Positions 9,157 through 16,916 of a DNA stretch of 32,000 nt are shown here, piece by piece. Position numbers and translations under genes: made by a program. The notes under the pieces were generated by a model, which was not told the DNA's origin, made no database searches, and was given only the letters and a program-made list of their open reading frames with translations. Source of the DNA: Nostoc punctiforme PCC 73102. GTDB lineage: Bacteria; Cyanobacteriota; Cyanobacteriia; Cyanobacteriales; Nostocaceae. Position 1 is the stretch's first letter; every line of letters begins with the position of its first letter. Location: NCBI RefSeq assembly GCF_000020025.1, contig NC_010628.1, positions 7,710,001 through 7,742,000 of the forward strand. Reading direction: 5' to 3'.

Positions 9157-9555
9157 ATGGCAGAAAAAAATCATAATGACGAAATTCAAACCAATGATTT
9201 GCCACAGGAAATTACCGAATCCTATGGTACTGGTGTGAAAGAGTTGCCAGGATACAATATTGGTGGGCGCTCAATTAGAGAAGAAAGACGTGAGTATACA
9301 GAAACTAGTCCTGAACTCACTGGTGGAGATGTTGATGCTTATTGGCAAGATGCAGATGCAGTTGGGGATGAAGCTGTTGGTGGTACTACTGCAACTCCCG
9401 ATAAAAATGTAACTGAGGAGCTAGAAGCGGCAGTGGGGCTAGAAATGGCTGACTCTGAGTTTCTCCATACCAATGATATTTTAGAGGATCGTGATAGCGA
9501 TCGCTGGGAGTTAGATCCGAAGTCTTCTGAAGATTATCAAGAGCGGGGAGAATAA
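9157..9555 (+). CDS. Acidic conserved hypothetical protein (possibly DUF6335-like)
   Basis: 132 aa and strongly acidic. The segment SPELTGGDVDAYWQDADAVGDEAVGGTTATPDKNVTEELEAAVGL resembles a motif I associate with DUF6335, but that label is from memory only. Confidence 0.5.
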   Translation: MAEKNHNDEIQTNDLPQEITESYGTGVKELPGYNIGGRSIREERREYTETSPELTGGDVDAYWQDADAVGDEAVGGTTATPDKNVTEELEAAVGLEMADSEFLHTNDILEDRDSDRWELDPKSSEDYQERGE

Positions 9556-9617
9556 GCTCAATAAAACAGAAGCCGTATTTCTACTGTGAATTCACAAATT
9601 TAATGTGGCTAAATAGG

Positions 9618-9637
9618 CAGTGCTTTTCTAAGCACTG
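9618..9637 (+). terminator. Short hairpin 3' of the acidic protein gene
   Basis: CAGTGCTT-TTCT-AAGCACTG gives an 8-bp perfect stem. There is no clear T-tract. Confidence 0.35.
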
Positions 9638-10066
9638 TCACAACAAAAGGAATCATCTATCTATCGAAATATATCTCGAAAATCTCTGAATTTGGCAGCG
9701 TTGAAATTGCCAATTTTTTAATCTGCCTTTCCCAAGCATTATTCTAGCTTTTGATATAGCAATCCGCTTTGATTTCTGTTCGCGCAACGTGGTGTAGCAA
9801 TAATTATTTGTGTAGCAGGCAAAAGGCAAGAAGCCTATTTGAGTTATACTGAATGTTTTCAGAAATCAAATATGAGTTTTATATTGCATTCGTATCTAAG
9901 TTTAATGATTATTTCTAAAGTGAGACTATACTTTACCCAATTTATGTTCTGCTTATAATTATTCTTCTTTCTGATTTTAATACCTATGTCTTCAGTAGGG
10001 TAAAACGTTAAATCTGCATTTGATAACATTACTAAGTGTACTGATAACTTACAATCGGAGTTAATA

Positions 10067-10558
10067 ATGACATACACACAAACTAGCGATCCAACTATTC
10101 GCGAACATGTTCAAGCTTGGCAAAAGTTGGATGTGGATCAACAACTGGCTTTATTTTGGTTCATTTATAAAGAAATGGGTGGCTCAATTACACCAGCTGC
10201 TCCTGGGGCCAGTACTGTTTCTCCAGAAATCGCGGAAGGTTTGTTTAATCAAGTTAAGGAATTATCTCACGAACAACAATTACAAGTTCAGCGTGACTTG
10301 ATTAATAAAGTAGATACCCAGATTTCTCGTGAATATGGTTCTTTGGGTGATACTACTAAGCTACTGTTTTGGTATCGATTATCTCAAGGTATGGACAATG
10401 GTACTATCATTCCTGTACCGTCTGACTATCAACTACCCTCAGAATCTAAAGCGTTGTTTGGTAGAATTCAAGGATTAGGTTTTGAGCAACAGATTACTCT
10501 TTTCCGTGATTATGTGTCGCCAATGGGTACTGGAGCAAAAGCAGGTGCTGAAATTTAG
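10067..10558 (+). CDS. Helical carotenoid protein (HCP; homologue of the OCP N-terminal domain), copy a
   Basis: 163 aa, aligning by eye to the OCP NTD. DQQLALFWFIYKEMG matches OCP W41/Y44, KLLFWYRL matches W110, and IQGLGFEQQITLFRDYV matches the R155 region. There is no NTF2-like C-terminal domain. Confidence 0.9.
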   Translation: MTYTQTSDPTIREHVQAWQKLDVDQQLALFWFIYKEMGGSITPAAPGASTVSPEIAEGLFNQVKELSHEQQLQVQRDLINKVDTQISREYGSLGDTTKLLFWYRLSQGMDNGTIIPVPSDYQLPSESKALFGRIQGLGFEQQITLFRDYVSPMGTGAKAGAEI

Positions 10559-11452
10559 CACTTTTTAACTTTTTAGGCTGCTTGAGGTTATCTATTTAGT
10601 CTCTAAATGAAGATAAGATGGTCTTGTTTGCGAAGTGCTGTAGACACATCTATCTATACCTCTCTTCTTAAAGTTTTTTATATCCGTCGGTCGCTTAATA
10701 TAAATTTGAATTTTGATGACTGGCGGTTTCATTTTTCTTGAGAAATAAACACAGAGTAAAAATAACACTTTTACCCTGTGAGCATTTATTTCATGAGGTC
10801 ACTTGCACCCTACAGTCCTAACGCCCTTTGTTTTGTAATCAATATATTAAAAGTAATTATATTTGAATTAATCTGCCTTTTGGTTGGTTTAAATATGCTT
10901 TTTTTATATTAAGCTCTATCTTTTTATAGTTTTCTATCTAAAATTAAATTCTTAAAATTGATAGAGATATTAAAATGGATAATTCAATTTTTTACATCGG
11001 AGATTTAATGAGTTTTTTCATATCTTATACCAAATTACATCTATGATAAACACAAAAATGTAACTAATTTACCATTAGCTATTATGGTTGACAAAGATAT
11101 TGATTAATGAAAGCCATAGGTTTCACATTTTAAAGGTTTAAATAGAGGCGATTGCTAAACAATCTTCAGAGCTATTTAATACTTAAGTTATGATACAACA
11201 CCGACTAATATAATAGATACATTGCTAGCAAAAGTCCAGCGATTTTAAGTAATAAGAGTGGTGGGACATACCTAAAATTGCAGCTATTTGCTTGACGGAA
11301 ATTTCTATTGAAAGAAGAGACTTACCAAAATTAAATAATCTTCCCTAGTTCTGTTGATTAGTAAACCCCTAGTCAAACTGGTTCCAAGCAAAATTATAAT
11401 TTTCACTTAAGAATTTTGAGTTAATTAAGTAGTTAATTACTTTGAGGTGCTT

Positions 11453-11902
11453 ATGACTTCTACAAACATCAATTTTTTAGAACAAAGTGTATCAAAATTT
11501 CAGAGTTTGGATACAGACGATCGCTTGACTGTCCTAGCCTTACTTTATACTGAAATTGGTGATGAAATTCCGTCTCTATGTCTCAATAATGTACCGAATG
11601 AAAAGACTGCGAATTTAGTTGCACAAATTCAAAACCTGCCACAGGCAGAACAGCTTTTTGCTTTGCGTCAGTTGCTAAACCAAGATGAAGTAGGAGAAAC
11701 AGCAATTCCTACTGAAGAGTACGCTGCAATGAACGCTGATGATAAATTAGGTTTTTGGTATCAATTAGCCCAAAATTTGGGAACTTCAATCATCAATGTA
11801 CCAGATGACTATATACCTTCTGAAAAAGCTACAGAAGTAGTAGATTTACTTCACACACCAAACATTGAAGATTTAGTGACTTTCTTCAAGCGGGTGCTGT
11901 AA
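11453..11902 (+). CDS. Helical carotenoid protein (HCP), divergent copy b
   Basis: 149 aa from the ATG at 11453, with GAGG 6 nt upstream (the track starts at a GTG at 11447). It has DDRLTVLALLYTEIG, KLGFWYQLAQNLGTSIINVPDDYIPS and the same domain order as copy a. The W41-equivalent residue is not Trp. Confidence 0.8.
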   Translation: MTSTNINFLEQSVSKFQSLDTDDRLTVLALLYTEIGDEIPSLCLNNVPNEKTANLVAQIQNLPQAEQLFALRQLLNQDEVGETAIPTEEYAAMNADDKLGFWYQLAQNLGTSIINVPDDYIPSEKATEVVDLLHTPNIEDLVTFFKRVL

Positions 11903-11917
11903 CAGTTTTGAGTTAAG

Positions 11918-11950
11918 AAACAAAGGTGGGTCTATACCCCACCTTTGTTT
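11918..11950 (+). terminator. Rho-independent terminator after HCP copy b
   Basis: AAACAAAGGTGGG (11918-11930) pairs with CCCACCTTTGTTT (11938-11950), a 13-bp perfect stem, and then runs into TTTTT. Confidence 0.8.
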
Positions 11951-12070
11951 TTAAGTTAATGATTATGGTATCTTCTCCTGAACATTAGTTAAGGAAATTT
12001 ATCTGTTAAGGCAGCAGGGAGAGAGAAAAAGGCTTAACCCAAGCGTATTGGTATGTGCCTTATTAATTAA

Positions 12071-14551
12071 CTACGCTTGAATGATGAAGTCTGAACCTAT
12101 CAAAGTCGGCGCACCATTCAGAGTCGCAAATAGACCACCATTGCCAAAACCAGCCGCGCTACCATTTTGGTTATAGAACAACTGTCCACTCACAGCGTCA
12201 TACACAATTTTCGCCGTGCTGGTCGCTGCTGAAGAAGTAATTTTAAAATCACTGGTATTACTAAAACCCGTTCCCGCAGCAGAAGTAATAGCACTAAAGG
12301 TAGTCTTATCCAGGATAATTTTGTCACCTTGGGAGTGTTTAAAATCAGCGATCGCATCTTGACCAACAGCAGCACTGGTAAAGGGAGCATTCGTGTTGTA
12401 CAAAAATCTGTCAGCACCCGCACCACCTACAAGGGTATCATTGCCTGTACCACCAATGAGAGTATCATTACCAGCGCCACCCCGCAGCAGGTCGTTGCCA
12501 CTCTTGCCGTCGATTTTGTCATTACCTCCCTGACCATTGACCACATCAGCAGAGTTATCAAAACCCGTAATGTTGTTGGATAGGTCATTGAGGAATGTCA
12601 CCGTGTTCTTGTTGAACAGGCTAGTTTGAGTGGAATTGGCATCAAAAACATCAAAACTGTCGGTGATGCTAGTTTGCCTATCAAACAGGATATTGCCAAT
12701 CGCTGGTCTTGCTCCAGAAGCTTTCAGATTATCCAAGTTTTCTAACTGAAAGTTTTGCAGAGTGACTTTGGTATTAGCCACATTTTCAAAGGTAACTTCT
12801 AGATTCTTACCATTTTGAGTCAATAGCAGATTTCGGGCAGTTAAGCCACTACCTGTAAATTGCAGTGTGTCAACATTGGCAATTACCTGTGCTGATGGGT
12901 TTGTGCCTTTACCAACACCACCAAAATCAGTGATGATGTCATTGCCATCGCTTGGGCGAATTACAAACTTATCTTGACCGCCATTACCTGTTAGGGTATC
13001 GTTACAAGCTTTGCCGTCGATAATATTGTTGCCAGATGTGCCTATAAGAGTATCTGCACCAGGAGTTCCTGTCAGGTTAAGAGTGCCGACCCCGATATTT
13101 GGCCCCCCAAACAACACATAGCTTTGCCCAGCGCTAATGATGCCGTTGGGTGAGGCAAAAGGTGCGCCTATAATCAGGTCGTCAACGCCATCGTTGTTGA
13201 TGTCGCCTGCATAACTAACTGAAAGACCTATCGCGTCACCCCCAGGAATGGTGAAACCATTAGTGCCATTCAAGTCAGAGAGGTTGAGGCTACCACTATT
13301 GCCTACATTCTTCCCCCCAAACACCACATAGGTTTGCTCACCATCAGGTGCGCCTATAATCAGGTCATCAATACCATCAGCGTTAACGTCTCCCGCATTG
13401 CTGACTGAAGAGCTTGAGAAGCTATTCTCAGTAATACCGTTAATGGCAAAGCCATTAGTGCCATTCAAGTCAGAGAGGTTGAAAGTGCCACTATTGCCGA
13501 CATTCATCCCTCCAAACAGCACATAGGTTTGCCCTGCTTGAATGACACCGTTGGCGGGGGCACGAAATGCCCCAATAATCAGATCGTCAATGCCATCACC
13601 GTTAATGTCCCCCCCATTGCTGACTGAGAAGCCTGATTCGTTACCCGCAGCAATGCCGTTAATGGCAAAGCCATTAGTGCCGTTTAAGGAAAAGACATTG
13701 AAGATGCCGCCACTGCCGACATTTTTCCCTCCAAAAACCACATAGCTTTGCCCAGCATTCTCGTTGCCGTTGGAGTCGGCTTCATATTTCCCAATAATCA
13801 GGTCGTCAATGCCATCATTGTTGATGTCTCCCGCATTGCTGACCAAAAAGCTGTCAAAGTCACCAATGGCAGTAATTGTAAAGCCATTATTGCCATTCAA
13901 GTCAGAGAGGTTGAAAGTGCCGCCACTGCCCACATTCTTCTTCCCCAATACCACATAGCTTTTTCCATATCCCCCAATAATTAAGTCGTCAACACCATCG
14001 TTGTTGATGTCCCCCGCATTGCTGACCGACCAACCTATGGTGTCAATTTGACCAATACCGGTAATTGTGAAGCCATTAGTACCATCCAAATCAGAGAGGT
14101 TGAGGGTGCCGCTACTGGCAACATTCGTCCCTCCAAACACCACATAGCTTTCCCCAGCTTGACCAATGCCGTTACGAAAGGCAAAAGGTGCCCCAATAAT
14201 CAAGTCGTCAACGGCATCGTTGTTGATGTCTCCCGCATTGCTGACTGACCTGCCTGAGAAGTCAAATTCAGCAATCCCGTTCATTAAAAAGCCATTACTG
14301 CCATTTAAGTCAGAGAGGTTGAAGATGCCGCTACTGCCGACATTTGTCCCTCCAAATACCACATAGCTTCGCCCAGCACGATCGTTACCGTTGGGGGAGG
14401 TGTAAGGTGCCCCTATAATCAGGTCGTCAATGCCATCGTTGTTGATGTCCCCCGCATTGCTGACCCTGTAGCCTGATTCGCCACCAAAGCCGTTTATAAC
14501 AAAGCCATTGCTGCCATTCAAGTCAGAGAGATTAAATAATGAGTTAGCCAT
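12071..14551 (-). CDS. Large secreted-type protein: seven FG-GAP (integrin-alpha-like beta-propeller) repeats plus two blocks of RTX calcium-binding nonapeptides
   Basis: 826 aa. Seven copies of VSNAGDINNDG(I/V)DDLIIGAP...SYVVFGG are each preceded by FNLSDLNGxNGF. Downstream are GTPGADTLIGTSGNNIIDGKACNDTLTGNGGQDKF and GQGGNDKIDGKSGNDLLRGGAGNDTLIGGTGNDTLVGGAGADRF. There is no N-terminal signal peptide, consistent with a type I secretion substrate. Confidence 0.85.
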   Translation of the reverse strand: MANSLFNLSDLNGSNGFVINGFGGESGYRVSNAGDINNDGIDDLIIGAPYTSPNGNDRAGRSYVVFGGTNVGSSGIFNLSDLNGSNGFLMNGIAEFDFSGRSVSNAGDINNDAVDDLIIGAPFAFRNGIGQAGESYVVFGGTNVASSGTLNLSDLDGTNGFTITGIGQIDTIGWSVSNAGDINNDGVDDLIIGGYGKSYVVLGKKNVGSGGTFNLSDLNGNNGFTITAIGDFDSFLVSNAGDINNDGIDDLIIGKYEADSNGNENAGQSYVVFGGKNVGSGGIFNVFSLNGTNGFAINGIAAGNESGFSVSNGGDINGDGIDDLIIGAFRAPANGVIQAGQTYVLFGGMNVGNSGTFNLSDLNGTNGFAINGITENSFSSSSVSNAGDVNADGIDDLIIGAPDGEQTYVVFGGKNVGNSGSLNLSDLNGTNGFTIPGGDAIGLSVSYAGDINNDGVDDLIIGAPFASPNGIISAGQSYVLFGGPNIGVGTLNLTGTPGADTLIGTSGNNIIDGKACNDTLTGNGGQDKFVIRPSDGNDIITDFGGVGKGTNPSAQVIANVDTLQFTGSGLTARNLLLTQNGKNLEVTFENVANTKVTLQNFQLENLDNLKASGARPAIGNILFDRQTSITDSFDVFDANSTQTSLFNKNTVTFLNDLSNNITGFDNSADVVNGQGGNDKIDGKSGNDLLRGGAGNDTLIGGTGNDTLVGGAGADRFLYNTNAPFTSAAVGQDAIADFKHSQGDKIILDKTTFSAITSAAGTGFSNTSDFKITSSAATSTAKIVYDAVSGQLFYNQNGSAAGFGNGGLFATLNGAPTLIGSDFIIQA
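13080..14551 (-). repeat. Intragenic DNA repeats of ~200 nt period encoding the FG-GAP blades
   Basis: Near-identical segments recur, such as caggtcgtcaatgccatcgttgttgatgtcccccgcattgctgac (about 14420) with variants at about 14201, 13981, 13799, 13570, 13360 and 13173. Confidence 0.8.
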
Positions 14552-14838
14552 GATTTTTTCCTATGGTCAGGGAGTAAGCTTCAAAGGCCTAAATTAGAAA
14601 TTTCGTGTTTTAAACTGAAGTATTGTTATGGAGTGCCAAGTAGAATTTGTGCTACGCTAACCATCTACTAGCTACATTTCTGGTTGTTAGTTTATATTGC
14701 TTTTCCAACTGTCACAATCGATTATTTTTTAACTTTAAGAAAAACACACATACTATTTATACAAAAAATATTTTTTATGATGCACAAATATGCCAAATAA
14801 TGCGCTTTTAATATGGAATTTCTTAATAAAGTAATACA

Positions 14839-14866
14839 GTAGGGGCGAACAATTTTATGCCCCTAC
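14839..14866 (-). terminator. Hairpin 3' of shc
   Basis: GTAGGGGC (14839-14846) pairs with GCCCCTAC (14859-14866) across a 12-nt loop. It lies 15 nt past the shc stop and has a T-rich tail on the minus strand. Confidence 0.55.
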
Positions 14867-14880
14867 TACAGCAACGAATA

Positions 14881-16800
14881 TTAACTTTCTTTAATCGCTG
14901 CTTGATAGCGACCTAGTGCAATTAAAGGAAAGTATTGTTGATACAGATGATATTTAAGATAGAAATAGCAAGGGAAGCCAGTCCCTGTAAAGTTTGCCTC
15001 AAACCAAGTACCATCAGGCTGTTGAGTTGCCATTAAATAGCCAATTCCTTGCTCAATAGCCTTAACAGCTAATTTACCAGTTGCTTCACCTGCTGCCAAG
15101 AGGCCAATTAAAGCCCAAGCAGTTTGAGATGCAGTACTATCTCCTTTTCCTTTGAGACTGGGGTCATCATAGCTGCGGCAAGTCTCACCCCAACCCCCAT
15201 CTAGGTTTTGGCATCCCAGTAACCAAGCTGCTCCCCGTTCTATACTGAGTTTGTGCCTTTGAGGATCAATTAATGCCAAGGCTGACAAAACGCCACTGGT
15301 GCCGTAGATATAATTTACACCCCAACGACCAAACCAACAGCCTTCGGTTTCTTGTTCGCGTAAAAGATAAGTTAGCGATCGCTCTAAATTATCACTATCA
15401 ATTGACAAATCACAAGCACCAAGCATTTCTACGACTCTAGCCGTAACATCTGCGGTATTTGGATCGATCATGGCTTTCAAGTCGCCATAAGGGATGGAGT
15501 TAAGCCAATCTTGATCGTTGTCCAAATCAAAAGCAGCCCACCCACCAGGTTTACATTGCATAGATGCAATCCAGTTTACCGCCCGTGCGATCGCAGCCTG
15601 CTTGATTTTTTCATTGGGAAGTTTCGCCAAATGTAAAGCCATCACCACCACCGCCGAGTCGTCTACATCGGGATAAAACCGATTTTCAAACTCAAAAGCC
15701 CAAGCCCCTGGTTTTCCTTGGCGATTTTTTACAGCCCAATCTCCATAATCTAAAATTTGTTTTTGCAACAACCATTCTCCAGCCTTTACCACGGCGGGAT
15801 GATCTGGTACAAAGCCTGATTCTACTAAGGCACGCATCACCCAAGCTGTATCCCAAACCGGTGAAACACAGGGCTGAACCCGGTAGCTATTATCTGTTTC
15901 AATGGCAAAGTTATCAATTGCTTGCAAACCTCGTTCCACAATCGGGTCGCTGCGGTCATAATCCAGACAGCGCAAAGCTAGCATTGAATTCAGCATCGCC
16001 GGAATAATGCCGCCCCAGTCGCCTGTCGCTTCTTGCCGTTCTAAAATCCATTTTTCGGCGGCTTTGATACCTTCTTCACGGAAGGGGACTAAATTTAGGC
16101 TTTCTGCCCATTTGAATCCTTGGTCGAGGGTGAGGAATAAATCAGTCCAATCGCCACTTTGGGGTAATTCCCACCGGACTCGATCGATACCTTCAGCGTA
16201 TAGCTCATCTAGGTTGATAGTTGGGTCAGTGATAAAAACAGGTTTGCGATCGCATACAACCAGTAATGGTACTGTACTGGAACGTGCCCAGCTAGACATT
16301 TCGTAGATATTAACTGGAAAAGCTTTTGGCAATAACATTATCCAAGGCGGTAGCGAGGGAATACCGCGCCAGTTGTAGCAGCCAATCAAGGCTAAGTGCA
16401 ACTTGGTAAAAATCCGAGTTTTGCTGATACCACCCCGTTGGAGAATAAAAGCTTGCGCCCGAATCATCGCCGGATCGGTTGCTGGTACACCTAGCAGTCT
16501 CAGCGCCATGTAAGCTTCAACTGAAGTGCTAAGTTCTCCGCCATCACCGTAGAAAAGTTCCCAGCCGCCATGCTGTCGTTGCTCTTGACGCAGATATGCT
16601 TCAACTTTGTGTAAAGGTCTGGTTTGGTCTGTTCCCCAAATCTTATGCAAAAGGACTGTTTCAGCAGTAATCGTGACATTAGATTCTAACTCTGCCCACC
16701 AGTAGCCTGCTGGATTTTGAATCGAAAGTAAATATTGTTGGCTGGCTGCGATCGCTTCTGCAACTTGATTGACTTTTACCCTGTCTTGTGTTTGCATCAA
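14881..16800 (-). CDS. shc: Squalene-hopene cyclase
   Basis: 639 aa with the DVDDSAVV (DxDD) catalytic motif and multiple QW-type repeats (for example QNPAGYWW, RQHGGWE, QEATGDWGG, QNLDGGWGE, QQPDGTW). Confidence 0.92.
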   Translation of the reverse strand: MMQTQDRVKVNQVAEAIAASQQYLLSIQNPAGYWWAELESNVTITAETVLLHKIWGTDQTRPLHKVEAYLRQEQRQHGGWELFYGDGGELSTSVEAYMALRLLGVPATDPAMIRAQAFILQRGGISKTRIFTKLHLALIGCYNWRGIPSLPPWIMLLPKAFPVNIYEMSSWARSSTVPLLVVCDRKPVFITDPTINLDELYAEGIDRVRWELPQSGDWTDLFLTLDQGFKWAESLNLVPFREEGIKAAEKWILERQEATGDWGGIIPAMLNSMLALRCLDYDRSDPIVERGLQAIDNFAIETDNSYRVQPCVSPVWDTAWVMRALVESGFVPDHPAVVKAGEWLLQKQILDYGDWAVKNRQGKPGAWAFEFENRFYPDVDDSAVVVMALHLAKLPNEKIKQAAIARAVNWIASMQCKPGGWAAFDLDNDQDWLNSIPYGDLKAMIDPNTADVTARVVEMLGACDLSIDSDNLERSLTYLLREQETEGCWFGRWGVNYIYGTSGVLSALALIDPQRHKLSIERGAAWLLGCQNLDGGWGETCRSYDDPSLKGKGDSTASQTAWALIGLLAAGEATGKLAVKAIEQGIGYLMATQQPDGTWFEANFTGTGFPCYFYLKYHLYQQYFPLIALGRYQAAIKES

Positions 16801-16916
16801 ATACTATCTAACCTCACACTCAACACTAGCTATGAATACGGCAATACTATGAAAAATTTTTTCTTTATTGGTAGACATAGTATTGTGTCTGAGTCACTGA
16901 GAATTTGCAATAGGTC

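Noticed and set aside
9859-10077. 72-aa minus-strand ORF upstream of HCP copy a
   Set aside because: It lies in very AT-rich DNA, its product is Ile/Lys/Asn-rich, it overlaps the HCP start, and it has no ribosome-binding site. It is most likely a chance ORF in promoter DNA.
9718-10880. Shared 13-mer TTAATCTGCCTTT upstream of both HCP genes (9718-9730 and 10868-10880), considered as a common regulatory site
   Set aside because: It is a single 13-nt match in AT-rich DNA at different distances from the two starts (about 340 and 570 nt). I cannot distinguish it from chance without comparative data.
9556-11452. Searches by eye for NtcA (GTA-N8-TAC), HLR1/RpaB (TTACA direct repeats) and LexA-type boxes upstream of the HCP genes, plus the 8-nt direct repeat GTGTAGCA at 9792 and 9810
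   Set aside because: I found only partial matches (for example GTAGCAATAATTAT and TTTACATC without a second half-site). The 18-nt spacing of the direct repeat fits no known binding architecture.
10559-11452. Possible decayed CTDH (NTF2-like) or other pseudogene between the HCP genes
   Set aside because: All six frames are densely interrupted by stops, and I could not recognise any protein-like stretch. I kept this only as a hypothesis inside the spacer finding.
12190-14366. Multiple 64-84-aa ORFs overlapping the FG-GAP/RTX gene
   Set aside because: These are shadows of a repetitive, relatively GC-rich gene. The repeated 'proteins' (for example ...IIRSSMPS.LMSP.LLT...) simply mirror the blade periodicity on the other strand.
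13080-14551. Regularly spaced ~200-nt DNA repeats, considered as a possible CRISPR-like or satellite array
   Set aside because: The periodicity is fully explained by seven protein-coding FG-GAP blades in one long ORF. The 'spacers' are as conserved as the repeats.
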